Assembly (NCBI RefSeq): GCF_001194135.2
Contig: NC_068996.1
Span: forward strand, 13,374,701 to 13,435,164
Reading direction: 5' to 3'
Length of the DNA: 60,464 bases
Source: Octopus bimaculoides
Lineage: Eukaryota
The notes beneath the pieces were generated by a model. That model was not told the origin of the DNA and searched no databases. It was given only the letters and a program-made list of their open reading frames with translations. Every line of letters starts with the position of its first letter. Position 1 is the first letter of the stretch. Shown here one piece after another: positions 28,371 to 43,199 of the stretch. The translations under genes were made by a program, and so were the position numbers.

Positions 28371-28665
28371 ATTTGGGATTTTATCAATAGAACCGCAACT
28401 CCTATTTCAGAATTAGCTTATTATATGGAATACACATAGAAAGTTATATCCAATAAAATAATATAAGCATTTAAAACACCTACCATAAAATACAATAAAA
28501 TTAGCTGAAAACATATTTGAAAAAATATATATAACTTACCTGCTATTAGTCTGTGGGGAAAGAAGATATTTTTATCAACGCTACATGTGTTTCTGCGCTG
28601 GTGTGGTGTTTATCAACGCTATACCTAATACATAAATGCACAAGTGCGTCCTCAGGCTATTTATC

Positions 28666-28701
<36 letters not shown>

Positions 28702-29525
28702 GATCAAAATTAAAAATACATGTCATATGAAATAGTAAAAATAAGAATATGAATAAGAATATAATAAAAATATATAAATTACAAATATATTTCAAAAAAT
28801 TTAAAAATTAAGAAAATTTTAAAAATAAAGAAGTTAAACACCTAAAATTACACTACCGATATATATATAGAAAATTCTAAACCTAAGGAAACCCTCAACG
28901 ACTATATTATAAACACATGAAGTCCTACAACTTATCTATATAAGCATTACGGGAATTAATAATTTAGTATAAAATTTACCCCTATCTATACAAATATAAA
29001 TTACCATTTTTTATGTTAAACGTAAGTTAATAGTATTTAAAAAGATTATGTAGTAAAAACTACTATATACGTTATAAATTTATTGAATAAAACTAATGAA
29101 AAATTCTAGTAAAAAAATTAACAAAGAATACTTATCGACATAATGTTTACTCCTTTTCGTTCCTGTGCAAATGGCTGCTTCCTCTGTCATGCGCTAAGTA
29201 TTATGGGAATAACATAAATAAAATAAAATACTCTGAAAAATTCTCTAAGATTAATAATATTGGAGAGGTTGAATTCAAAGGGTGATAATAACTAGATACT
29301 TTTAAATTTAGCTGTAACTGGATTTTTTTTATAGTGTTTAAGATTTAGAGATTTATGTTATATTCCTTTTAAGGTAATATTCGTTAATAAATTCTTGGTT
29401 CCTGGTATGTCCGTATCTAATACTACGATAAAATTTTATTATAACTACATTTAACTATATTCCTCATAATTGTTTAAGAGATTACATACTAGGTGGGTGG
29501 GGGTTTACAATTTATTCACCGCACC

Positions 29526-29570
<45 letters not shown>

Positions 29571-29575
<5 letters not shown>

Positions 29576-30804
29576 CGTGCGGTGAGTAAATTGTGTCTAA
29601 ACTTTGCAAAAATGAAAATAACGCTGACATCTCATTTTAACAGATATATTTACCAAAATTACATAAAAATATCTTGAAATACTAAAGAGTAAATTTATTT
29701 AATAAAATCGCTTGTTTAAGTTGGTGAATGATGCTATATTCCTTGCCTTCAGTTCATCCTTGGTGTTATAAGGAGAATTGCGGGTCTCGCTCAGCTGCGC
29801 CCCACACATAATAATCAAAGGGATTGCAGTCTGGGGAGTTAAGTGGCCAGATGTTAGGAGTGATGTGGTCGCAGAAATTGTCTGACAACCATGACTGGGT
29901 TCTCCTGCCTGTGTGGCATGGTGCAGAGTTCTGTTGCCAGACATAGGGTCTTCCAGCAGCCATCCTCTTGATGCAGGGCAACACTACTTGCGCTAGGACC
30001 TTGATGTAGGCCTCCGTGTTGAGTGTGAGGCCACGTGGGAAGATGAATGAAGGCCTACTCATTTACATACATACTAGCGATCACTCCAAGCACCATGATG
30101 TTGATTGGATGTTTGATTTTTTATCACTCACAGTACATGTTTTTGGGACACGGTAAGCCAACAGTTGTTCTGTGTTTACCATCTGATCCTGGCAGACATT
30201 TTTCTCGTCTGAGAAAGCCAAAGCATGTTCGGATGGAGAGGTTGTTTGAGCTTGTTGAAAAGTTTGTAGCGCAGTCTTTCCTATTGTCCTTGATGGCTTT
30301 GGCTAAAGGTTGGCCCTTTCTCATCCTGTATAAAGAATACCAAATGTTTTCATGCACCTGCCTGATAAAAATCTCAGACACTCCCATGTATCCGGTGATG
30401 GACCTGATTACTTGGAGGGATCGCTGTCAATCATGGCTCGGGTCTCACCAACAAATTCAGGAGTTCTTTTCTTATCAGAACAATCAGAGTGAATTTTCCG
30501 AGCTGTCGTACCTTCGTAATCACCATCAGACTCATCAAACTCTTTCCGAATCCTCTGCACTGTCCTCAGATTGACACCCAAATATTTTCAATTGTTCGTA
30601 ATGGAGTTTCCGGCGCATATGCCAAGCATTACAGCATGTGGTTTCAAAATTTCTGGCAGAATGAATTGCGTCATGGTGCTGTTTTTCTCACAGACGGTGC
30701 TCAACTGAACCGACTATACTGTGTAGTCGACAAAATGAACAACAAACAATGCACATGCGCAAAATTAAACATACAATTTGGCGATTTACCTATCGCACCA
30801 AGTA
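29571..30804 (-). mobile_element. maT-like (DD37D) Tc1/mariner transposon, near full length, pseudogenised
   Basis: Start MTQFILPEI..LGICAGNS at 30674. WQQNSAPCH..WPLNSPDCNPFDYYVWG has 37 residues between the (D->N) site and the last Asp. Degenerate TIRs at 29571-29594 and about 30783-30804 are each flanked by (TA)n. Confidence 0.9.
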
Positions 30805-30995
30805 TATATATATATATATATATATATNNNNNNNNNNNNNNNNNNNNNNNNNNNNNNNNNNNNNNNNNNNNNNNNNNNNNNNNNNNNNNNNNNNNNNNNN
30901 NNNNNNNNNNNNNNNNNNNNNNNNNNNNNNNNNNNNNNNNNNNNNNNNNNNNNNNNNNNNNNNNNNNNNNNNNNNNNNNNNNNNNNNNNNNNNNN

Positions 30996-31027
<32 letters not shown>

Positions 31028-32899
31028 ATTAACTACCAACAAATTATATTATGTTATATTTATTCCTGAATGATGTGTAAAGAAATTTTGATTTATTAAG
31101 TCTCTTAATGAATTCTTTATACTGAAATATATATTGAAGAAGATAAATATGTTCCTTTGAATATATACGTTTTTGCGTCGTAACTCCTTTATTATTATTA
31201 TTATATATATATATATACATGTATGTATGTTCATACGTACATATATACACAGATTCATACTTTCATTCATACATATATATGTGTACATACATACATAGAC
31301 GCACAATATATATATCAGAAGATGTGTGTGTATATTAATTTGTAGTTACACCTGTAGAAGCAAACATTTTATGCGAACACCAGAAGTAACTGTACCGTTC
31401 TTGATCTATAGTTAATACTTATATACATACACTTTACTCAGTTTAACTTAACATTCGAAACCCGGCCACTCAAATCTCTGAATATCATCTATGTCTGAGC
31501 TGTATTTCAATACGTTACATATACGTTGGAATGAACCATGACTAGAAAATCAAGCTATTTCTTTTTATACTATAAACATCAAACGTAATATGCTGTGTGA
31601 GGAAAGCAGCTAAACCGAAATTTCTACGTCATTGTCAACCTTTCCCTTCTGAAAACAATATGCGTTTGTATTTGCAGGTAGTATTAAGAATAAACTAATG
31701 TAAGGAAGATGTAAATAGTACTCAGCAGAATAAATTTTTATTACATTATATCTAATGTAACACTACCTTAACAAATATAATTTGATATTTTGTGAAGTCG
31801 TTGTTATTATCAGATTGCTTTTGAAAGCGTTAGCGCTTTAAATGTATTTTACTCTTTATCCTGTATCTGGATCAAATAGCGTAAATATTTGTGGCATTAT
31901 AAGGTAATGAATGAACAGACCACTTCTCTTGTGATAATTAGTAATTTATCTACAAAAATCCAAAACAATATGCTGCCTTCGACTGGTATAGTTTGCAACA
32001 TGTGTAATCCAATATAATAAAACACCAGAGTATGGGTATTTTTTAAATATTGTTTCTTGTTCGTAACATTGGAATAAAATTAAACGTTAAAGAGAGAGGG
32101 AGAGAGAGAGAGTGTGAAGCAGAGAGAGAGAGAGAGTGTGTGAAGCGGAGAGAGAGAGTGTGTGTGAAGCGGAGTGTGCGAGTATTATAAAAAAAAATAG
32201 TGAGAGATTGAATGTACGCTAAGAGGAAGCTTGGCAGATCGAGAATGAGAATTAGAATTGAGAATTATAGTAAGATAAACAATATGTACGACATTAAACT
32301 ATATAGTGTAGGCTAGAAGTTTCGACAGCATTTAGTTTTATAATAGAGCATAGGTTGCAATTAAAGATCATGTACACATTTTACTGTAGTATAACAGTTG
32401 TAGTAAACAGCAATATTTACATTACACAAAACGATACTGCTTGCAGTGTGTGATATTACATTACATTTCATAACATGATACTACTGCATTTTACAGGGTT
32501 ATTCACAACATTTCATAAAAAGAGTATCCTTTTACACCAACGTTTACATTTTACACCATTTTACGGAATGCAGTTTACAAGAACGACATTATTTCAAAAT
32601 ATATTAAAGGTAGTAGTTTACAAATATTTGCAATATGTATATATATTATGGCAGAGATGGAAGCTTACGCAAAATATTTACTACCTTCTCTAATAGGATA
32701 TAGTTACAGGATGACGTATACAACCTCTTACTCTATCTACAAACATTAAATGCGCATTAAATCTAAAGTTCTCTAACAGCAACATCTATTTGCATCTATT
32801 TTAGAGGGAAATGAAACAATTTGTCAATCTGTTTTGTTAATTAGTTATCACAAGATTCTACTGTTCTTAGTTCTACTTAAGACCACATTCAGTTTGCTG

Positions 32900-34100
32900 T
32901 GAATAAATACTTTTTTTTGTACTTTTATATTTCAGATCTAACAAATGTTTTGAGATCCATTATTTTCGCAACAACAGAAAGAATACTATGGAACTGCTTT
33001 CTTTTCAATATAAAGGGCGGAGTTATATGACTTGGAACTAAATTCATTGTAGGCATCAATACTCTATCTCTTCTTCTGCTCTCACTCTTAATTTCTGGAA
33101 TGCATTGATGCAATGAATTCCTGAAGTTCTAGTGTCTTTCAGTAGAGTGTTCCTGGTCACAGGTTGCACATGAACATTATAAGAGAAAAAGTATTTAGTA
33201 TTTGCTCATGAGAAGGTAATCCCAAAGGATTAGATGATTCAAATCATCTTAAGAATAATTTATTTCCGGCTTCAGTGGAATGGTACTCGTACCCATATTT
33301 TCTAAGAATATAGGAATATAAAATGGCATTTGGTAATTCATCTGTTAACATCGGAGTTGCATTTACTGTTTTGTATTGAAGAATTTCTAAGTGAAATTGC
33401 ATAGATGATAAGGATGTTACTAGGATGGGTACAGGAAGACTGAGTTCACTGTGAATTGTTGTCACTCGTCAACTAGTAAACAGAAATGTCAGTTGTTGCA
33501 CAGGACCAGACGTTCTTACTACGAACGTAAATATTTTGTAAATGTATTGTTTTATTGAACTCTTACAAGCATTATGGAAATGCCCTTCACTATTGTCAAG
33601 GAAAATTTTCAGAAACTCGTTCAAAGCATATCAGTTGAGGTCATCAAAACTTTGTGGTGATGTTAGATTGCATCATTCTCCTCGTAAAAAATCTTTAGTG
33701 ACATCATTAAAAGTGTTATACATCCAGAAAGTCCTGTCTAACGGCAGAGCCTGAAGTCAATAACGCTAATAAATTACGCAAAATACATTTTAGCGAACTT
33801 CACTGTATGTTCTACCATCTGCTAAGAAATCTTAAATAAATCCTGACTCAAGCCATTGCAATAAGGACAGCGGACCAAGCTGTCCAGTTAGAAGCTATCT
33901 AACGATCCAAAATTCTTTTAGTTGATGAGACAACCTGTTTTTTTACAGCTTCCGATATATATCGTATCCATTTCTTATCATTATTTAGAAAAAAGTTTTC
34001 TTGCAGCTGATGCTTTTATAAGTGTTATGAATAACGTTGTCATGAGTAGGAGCTCTCTTCGAGTATGTGACTTATTTCACATGTAATAATGATAACAATG
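32900..34100 (-). mobile_element. Ancient hAT (Charlie/Buster-like) transposase relic
   Basis: Collinear degenerate motifs: VYNTFNDVTKDFL, YALNEFLK, TTIHSELSL (cf. CxIHREAL), YKTVN and GNKLFLR*FE (cf. RGKVLxRxFEL). Confidence 0.5.
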
Positions 34101-34744
34101 CCAACAACAACAACAATAGCGACGACGACAAGAACAACAACAACAATCTCAAATATAATCTCTCAATTTTCTGCAGATGAACAGCATGCATTCTTGTGAT
34201 TATTTTATCTCCTCAATTATTTTCTGTTTTCATGCTGTTGTCCTTTTGTTACAGTCACAATAATAGAGAATTTTAGAGTAGGCATACCCTCTGGCAGCTT
34301 CTTAATTTCCATTTAGTCTAAAATATACCGTAAATAATTGTTTCTACGTAAGGCATTTTTAAAGAAGCCTCTCTTTCAGTGTATTCTGGGAAGTAAATTG
34401 GATGTTCATGGTTCGAAATGTATTGGAACTAATGAAAGTGTAGGAACTACCATGAACTTGGTATTCCATCAACCTCCACCTTATTTCTGGAGCGTTGACG
34501 TATTAGCTATTTATGTATTGATACATTACGTTCGTGTATTTGTATGTCTGTACAATCATATTTGCAATAATTGTCCTTGGAAATATATTTCACAGAGATA
34601 AAGAATAAATTTTAGAGTTGATGTGTCGTTGTAGCACATTACTTATTTGTTGCCTGGTACATTTCAGTTGTCAATTTGATAATTACCTGTTTACAGCACC
34701 TTCAGAAAAATAAAGAAAGAATGAGACAGGGAGATAGTGCCGGA

Positions 34745-34840
<96 letters not shown>

Positions 34841-35966
34841 GAGAAAGATGGATAGTATTTCTTTATCTTGTAGCTTGTGTAGCATCTCTGAGGTCTTTAG
34901 AAAACTATTTGGAATATTTATTGTTTGCCATAGAGGGTTCATTGGTTTGACGTATAGAATATTGTAAACAGTTAGCTCTATGATAGGATCTGGAAGCTCT
35001 GCACACAAAAGTTCCACAGTTCATGTGAGATCATTGAAAGCAACTTTGTCTTGTAATATGATGATAAAATAAGAGTGAAATATTCCACATTTTGAAATAC
35101 AATAGGACAAGGAGAACTTATCCAATGGAATTTACCGTGCGTAAACCACAAAAACCTAGGAGAGTTATTAACATGAAAGTGCGAATTAATGTTTCTCTTT
35201 TCTCATTTTCCAAATGAAATCCGATCTTTATTTGCAGGGATGGTGACAGTAATGGACATGTTTCGGATTTGTTAGACCTCATTAGTGATGATAAACACCA
35301 CAGTACTATTATCCATATTACAATCTTCGTTAAAAAAAGGTTTCTTTTAACATATTTCTCTCGCTCTCTCTTTCTCTTCATCTCTGATCACTCCTCACCC
35401 ACAAAGACATATATGGAGAAAATAAACGAAATACTTTGTTTCAAGTTCAAAACTTCAGAAACCGTAACTGCAAGTTTTATAGAACTGGTCGCCAGATTAA
35501 AGTGAATTTATGAAGAAGTACATGGTTTTACATGGTACCGTGTGAATCAGTAGAGAAATCATCAAATAAACTTTGAAAACCGATTGTAGAAGAGTTTGTT
35601 CACATTTCAAAACTGATAGAATCTGTTGGGGAAATCGATTGATCATTGAAAAATAATGTAACACAAACATGAATAACGAGTATATTTAGTTGAATAAAGC
35701 GAAGCATTATGCCTTGAAGAAAGAAAATATTTATATATTTTCTGCCGTCAACAAAAAAATCCAGGTGAAAAAGCCATTTTAGAACTTAAGGAACATACAC
35801 AAAATGGTTTGATAATAAAATTAAAAAGCCAAACAAGAACAAAGAAATTCATAGCTGTAAAATAAAATTTGTTGTAATGGAGGGGTGCAGAGACAGAGTG
35901 GAAAAGGAATGAAAGTGAGTTTTGTATTAAATGAAGAGGGGTGAGGTAGTGAAGATATATATATAT

Positions 35967-35997
<31 letters not shown>

Positions 35998-36037
35998 CAG
36001 AGAAAGAGAAAGAGAGAGAAAGGAGGAGAGAGAGGGA

Positions 36038-36069
<32 letters not shown>

Positions 36070-36188
36070 TGTTTGTTGAAGGAAGTATGGAAAGAATAAA
36101 ATGCTTGAATAGCGACTGAGTGCAAGTGTAGGTGCATTGATACTTAATTTCAGTCTGAACAATATGAATGGAGTCATACATACATACA

Positions 36189-36222
<34 letters not shown>

Positions 36223-37365
36223 CATACATACATACATACATACATACACATGCACACACACACTTATACATCCATGCACACGCACAGACACACACATGTA
36301 TATTATTTGTGCGATTAACAATACTACTGAAAGTTTTCAAGAAAACCGTTCGCCTCCTTTTTTCTTAAGTGTTGGAAGCAATTGGTAAAATGCCCCTAGA
36401 TTTTGCGTCAAGCACATATTAATTGAACTATACGAATCATTATACGGATAACATCTCCTACATTACATTCTCTCTTCCCCAAACCCTCACCACCTCCTTC
36501 ATTTAGCTTTCTTTTATCCTGTTAGACAAGCTGTTACCGTTCTCTTATAAATTTCTCCTTCCCAACCCTACGGCAACCAAGGTACATACACAACCCCACC
36601 TCCCTCTCTCTGCAAAAACCCCTCGTACCATTATTCTATTTAATTTACCGCTTCGTTAGCAAATATGTACCTAAAAGAGAACACTTCTAAATATTATCTC
36701 TTTCTCTCCTTCCGAAAAAGGACGAGTATCTGAAACGTCAATTTATTATCTTCTTTACAACATAAAAAGATATTCCACTGATCTATTAGTATTGCTTTTA
36801 CTGAAGCAGAATATAACAATTTCATCAGAATCTAATAAATGTATCTTTGTCTATGTTTATATGTATTCAGTGTGCGTGTGTGTCTGTGTGTCTGTGTGTC
36901 TGTGTGTTAAGTGTGTGATTGTACATGCACATGTGAGTATGCTAGATTTTAATCAACTTCAACGAAAGTAAATTTTCTTATTGATATTCCAGAAATGATC
37001 TTTTTCAGCTGTTACATTAATTCTTTCGTTATCTTTGTCTCTCCATCTCGCATACACAAACACACAATCACATACATACGCATGCACACACGTACATATA
37101 TATATATATATATANNNNNNNNNNNNNNNNNNNNNNNNNNNNNNNNNNNNNNNNNNNNNNNNNNNNNNNNNNNNNNNNNNNNNNNNNNNNNNNNNNNNNN
37201 NNNNNNNNNNNNNNNNNNNNNNNNNNNNNNNNNNNNNNNNNNNNNNNNNNNNNNNNNNNNNNNNNNNNNNNNNNNNNNNNNNNNNNNNNNNNNNNNNNNN
37301 NNNNNNNNNNNNNNNNNNNNNNNNCAGTCGGTATCTTTAACTCTTCATATATTAATATCTCGCTG

Positions 37366-37439
<74 letters not shown>

Positions 37440-37954
37440 AACTGGCTGTTGTCGCGTCGTCTCCCGTAAGTTTAAAGAGTTTCTATTTATTAATGTGTAT
37501 TTGTAAACAATTTTTGTCAAAAAGGTTGTTTACAACATCTGGTTTGACCTGAGCGAGTTTTCGCTCGAAAATTCGCCATTTAAGGCAGAATTTTCGTGTT
37601 TCAAAATCGCATTTAAAAAAAGATTGTTTGTTTTTAAAAAATGATTAGTCGTTCTGTGACTAACAGCGTGTCTCTAACCCATTTGGACGTTGATTTTTCC
37701 TCCGTTGGCAACAGCAACGAGGAAGATAGAAAGCGTTCCCTCACTTGAACACACACACACACCCACACACACACACACACACACACACAAACGCACAATT
37801 GAACAACGACACCAACACACAATGACGCTAGCGTTACTACCGTACAAATGGGAAGAGAAAGCAAAGATAATGAATGTATGTCTAACACAATGACTGTTGC
37901 TACCACCTCCACCACCTCCACTGCTACCACCACTGCCTCCACCACCGCCTATAC

Positions 37955-40595
37955 CACTTAGACCCGGAGGGTAGGCTGGTCGTCTTGGATGTCGATGGCG
38001 GTAATGGCTGTGCTCTCAGACTGATAACGGTATGTGCACCGTCCTTATCAGGTCAACCGGATTTCTTCCGACGTCTAGAGGTTTTCCTCGGAACGTCACG
38101 ACCTTTACTTTCAGTAGGGGATCGGAACGCTATCTTGGACACGCATACAGACTATGTAGGTATAGATAGGAAGAGAGAGGGATAGAAATGTCTCAAATAT
38201 CTGCTCAGCTATTTGCAAGTGTCCGATAGGTATCGATTGGAGTACTCGAATGTGCCAATGGGGACATGAACCAACCACACTGGGTTGTCCAGATCGTATT
38301 TAGATAGAGTATTCTATAGGACAGTGGAGAGGGATAATGTAGGTTGTCCACAATTTCCCATGCACGGATCCCAAATTCGTGACCTGCACGCTCGATTTAG
38401 GTAAGAATCAAAGGCAGGGTCCCGGATATTGGAAACCGAACGCATCGCTCCCGGTGTGACAGGTTTACAGAGACCTACTAGAGCATTAGTTAACGGGAAA
38501 CGTTGTCAACAACGAATGGTTGCTTTCCCTAAAGAGGGCAATTAAAGCAGAATCGCTCAGGTATAGCAAGGCTTTAGCGATAGAGTGAACATAAATAGAG
38601 GGAGAAGTATCGATGACAACCATCACCTCATGCGCTATATCATAGACAGGGTAGTTAAGGAACATGGCATGGCTGGGGCTCTGATCAATTTGGATCCATC
38701 AAAGCTTTCGATAGGGTCGATCGTCGATACTTGACGGCTGTCTTTAAGCCGGCTGGTTTCGGTCCAGTCTTCCGTAGTTGGACCTCTGATTTATACAGCG
38801 GCATCGGCTCGGTAGTTCGAGTAAATGGCTATCAACCTAGACCATTTACCATCACGCGTTCTGTCCGTCAAGGCTTCCCCCTTTCGTCACTCCTGTACGT
38901 ATTGACTCTAGAAACACTACTGCGGAAGCTGGCGACGCTAAGGGGCATCCTGCGAGAACTGGGATACGGGAGGAGCGTGTCTTCATACGCGGACGATGTC
39001 ACTGTCATAGTGTCAAGACGCATATTGACCTTTTCAGCGAGACACTAAAAGAATACGAATCGGTAACGGGAGTAAAAATCAACCCGGAGAGGGCAGTGGG
39101 CTTGCGGCTCGCCAAACGGAGAAGCAAGTTCATGCCATCCAACAGCGTCTCCATCGTGGGACACTGGACCGACGAACCGGTTAAATTGCTCGGGGTCTGG
39201 TTCGGACCAGACCTCCAAATGGAGACGAACTGGGATGAGATAACGAGCAGGATGGTCACTCTCACTCAGCTATGGGCTGAGAGGAAGCTATCTCTAAAAG
39301 GTCGGGTTGAGGTGGCGAATGCGTTCATTGCATCCGTCATCTACTACCGTCAGACCATTACAAAACTGGAACGCATACTCTTCCGCTTTTTGTTGAAGGG
39401 GAGCGTTCCGATTGTTAGGCGATCCATTTTCTGTAAACATCCACTAAATGGAGAGTTGGGTATGCCATGATTGATGATGCGCAGACATGCGCTGAAACTG
39501 GTGACATCCCCAGCGTTTCAAAGACGAAGGGGAACATGTGTGGTCGCCGTTTGTGAGATGCGCTTTCCGCAGCTTGTCTCATTGATAGAACTGCAATCAT
39601 GGATCAAGCAGAGACCGGGGCTGGGCGAATGGCACCGCGAGTGTCGCCTTGCCCTCGAGAAACTCTTCCATCCGGGTTCAAACTTGTGTGATTTCAATTC
39701 CACCAAGGCATTCTATAGAGAATTAGTGAAGGGGAGGTACGACAGCGTTCTTGTGGAGACTCTAGGCGTCGACAGGGAATACCAGATTCGCCTCTTCAAG
39801 AACATTTTCGGGTCAGAACCTATGGACAATTTGCAGAGATCCCTGGTCTGGCAGTGCTATTGGGGGGCGTTGCATGCTCGAATTAGGGTCTACAGACAAG
39901 GAACACCAAACCGACCTACCCAAGATGCGGTCAGGACTACGAATCTATTCCGCACGCTCTCGTGCAATGTCCAAATATTTCAGACCAGTTGGCCTATGTC
40001 GAACGGCTGATATCACGTGTGGGACAAGTCTGGGTATCAACCGAGTCTATCGTAAATATTGCACCTTTACCTTCCTTTAACTGGGAAGGGAAATCAGTTT
40101 TCATCGTGCTGGTGGCTATGGTGAAAGAATCTGTATAGCGGACTCGCTTGAAAGGCTTAGAGACAAATACATTTCTCTTTGGCCAACCCCTCATCAACTT
40201 TTTCAAGTACCACTTCAAAAGGAAGGTGAGGATAGAAAGGGAAGTTTTGCCTTATGAAAATTTCAATAAAAGGTGGGTGAATGTAGCAAAGATGGTACAC
40301 GTGAATGACGGACCCTCTTTGAGTATGAACCTATAGAACAAAACGAGGTAAGGCACTTTGCTTTCATGTTTTTTTCCGAGGCTATTGTGATTTATTCGTA
40401 AGTTTTTCCTTCCACAGATAACCCTGGTCAGTGTTTATTGTCTCCTTCTTTTGGGAATTTCGGTTGTTAGAACGACTCTTTGCTTTCTCCTTGTGTATAT
40501 GTCCCAAAACGTTTTCGATCCCTATTGATCGGTTTTCAAAAGAAAAATTCTGCATTATGTTATCCCCTCTGTGTTCGACCCTTCGTGCCTTAACA
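37955..40595 (+). mobile_element. Tx1/L1-like LINE (APE + RT + C-terminal zinc knuckle), 5'-truncated and internally deleted
   Basis: APE: DPEGRLVVLD, VGDRNAILD, SYLDRV. RT: GRSIDDN, KAFDRVD, SVRQGFPLSSLLY, YADDV. C-terminal PRCGQDYESIPHALVQC. Stop at 40334-40336, then a 3' UTR running into (ATCT)n. Confidence 0.93.
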
Positions 40596-40596
40596 A

Positions 40597-40652
<56 letters not shown>

Positions 40653-40701
40653 GTCTGTCCGCCTGTCTGTCTGTCTGTCACTCTATCCGTCCGTCCGTCT
40701 A

Positions 40702-40749
<48 letters not shown>

Positions 40750-43199
40750 TCTATCCAATCTATCTATCATAGATGTGTGTGTGTATGTGTGTGTGTGTGT
40801 GAGTGTACACCTCTATAACTGTCTGTCTGTTAGGTTATATATCTATGTGCCTATCACTCCATCTCTATAGTTTCATGCACACACACACACACACACCCAC
40901 ACTCTTTCACACACATATGTACATGCACACACAAATACAGGCATACACGCACACGCACACGCACACACACACACACACATACACACACACAGAGACGCAC
41001 ACACAGAGACACACACACGCACCCATACACTCATAGACGCATACGTATATACATTTCAACTCAGACATACGTGGGCGGGTGCAAATGTTTACGACTGTGC
41101 AACAAATATGTAACAATGCTCAAGATATATACAAGTGGTCACCGACAAAATAACACAAGCAAACATGATCACCAACAAAATTGGAGGGGAAATTTCGATA
41201 GTAGAGGCTGCGAACTGAAGAATGAGCACTGTAGGGAATGGTCAGTTTGTAAAGATTCTGAAGAATTAAAAAAAAATCTTGTAAGTGGCGATAGTGATTA
41301 GACAAAACAATTTTTTTTAGGTAGAAAGGTATAATAGTTCTTGACAAACAGTGGAGACAGATGTGTAAGTATTAGTAGCTGTTAGCGTATTAAGGATAAT
41401 TATAAGGTGGATTATGCGAATGTGTGGTGTTTATTTATAACCGAGAATGAGGAAGTGCCTCGGCTAAATATGACGACAAATGTTAGGAACTTTAGATTTC
41501 CCGTTTCTTCACGGCAATAAATTTATTCGGCTGTTTTATTATTTGCAGTATGTATAAATAGCTGTCAGAAAAACCTCTTAATTTTTTACACAGACTTAGA
41601 GGACAGTTTACACTGAAGTAAACTGAATAAATTCACATGAAAGACTAGACATAATTTTAAACAGTCTCATACACCATTAATCATTGTCACATTCACATAC
41701 GTACACAAATATAACTAAAGATACTCTCAGTCTTGTGTGCAATGATCTATGCACACATACTCACACGTGCGCATGCGCACACTCTCACACACACACATAG
41801 CCGCATACACACACACACACACACACTCACAGACACATTCCAATACATATACGTACAGACGAATACACATAGAATATCAATCAAACTATAGCACATACAC
41901 AGAGAGGAAAGCTAATCGCTTTCGTTTGACTAAACAGTCCAACTCTGAAAAACTGGAAAGTTGAAAGCTGAAAGCTAAGAATTTAACTGTTTTTAACTGA
42001 GTAAACAGACTAAATTAGACATAAAATAAATCCCAGCTGATATGCTGAGTATTAGAAAGTAGACTGTGGTAATATAAGAGTATGTAAGCAAAAGTAATAT
42101 GGCAAACAAGTATGGCAACTACACGAAGAGAAAACTACTTAGGATGTCATTTTGTAAATGCTTATCGACTTTACCGTTTGCATTTTTTTAAATATAAGAG
42201 CCGGGGAAGAAGGCGGCGTATTCATATGTTCTGTGGAATCACTAGTTGAAAGTAAAACTAACAGCGGTTTCGCGATGATTTGATCATATAAAGGATTATT
42301 GGTATTTCTATTACTGTATTAGCCAGACTGAATATATTTTCGAAAAGAAAGGAGAATATATACGATTGAACCACTGCGATTTATAACTGGTATTTGTTTT
42401 ATCTATTTAAGAGTGTTGAAATATTAAATCAATCAAGTGAAATGTGATGTGAACCGCATTATAATACGCTATATTTTCTTGATGTTCTTTTACTTGTCTA
42501 ACTCATTGGACTGCGACCATTTTGGGGAACATACTTCAAAGATTTAACTGTCAAATCAACCCGATACTCATTTATTTACTGTGAATGTTTGGTTCTAATA
42601 CTCTCTGAAAATTGTTGCTCAGATGCTAAGTTACATGGATTGCAAAATTAGAACACTGGTTGTCAAGCAGAGACGGACAGACACAACCAGCCATGCACAC
42701 ACATACACTTATACAGAGCGGGATTCCGAACAGTACCAAATTTTAATTTGATAAAAACAATGTATATCAACTGAAAATTAAAGATATCAATGAATTTACA
42801 CTCAGGCTATCAGTGCTATCAGTGCTATCAGTGGAGAAAGTTCGATTGAGAAACAGCTTAATATTTCAGTATTGATCGTCATATAGTTAACATAGAGGTG
42901 GTATAGAGAACGGTATAGCTAGGTGAAGAAGAAAACAGGGTGGCTGCAGAAATTTTCTAAAGGAGAGAGAGAAAGGAGGTGAAAGAGTGAGGGGAGACAA
43001 GGAGAGAGAGAGAGTGTATGTGTGAGAGAGAGAGAAAGGGAGAGAGAGAAAGAGAGAGCGAAAGAGAGAGAGAGTGAGAGAGAGAGAGAGAGTAAAGTTG
43101 GCAGTTAAAAATATCATTAAACATTGATGTGCAACTGTGAGAGGGATTGCAGATTCTAAGGACGTGTTGTTCATGTTGCGTAAGAATAGAACTGAAAAA

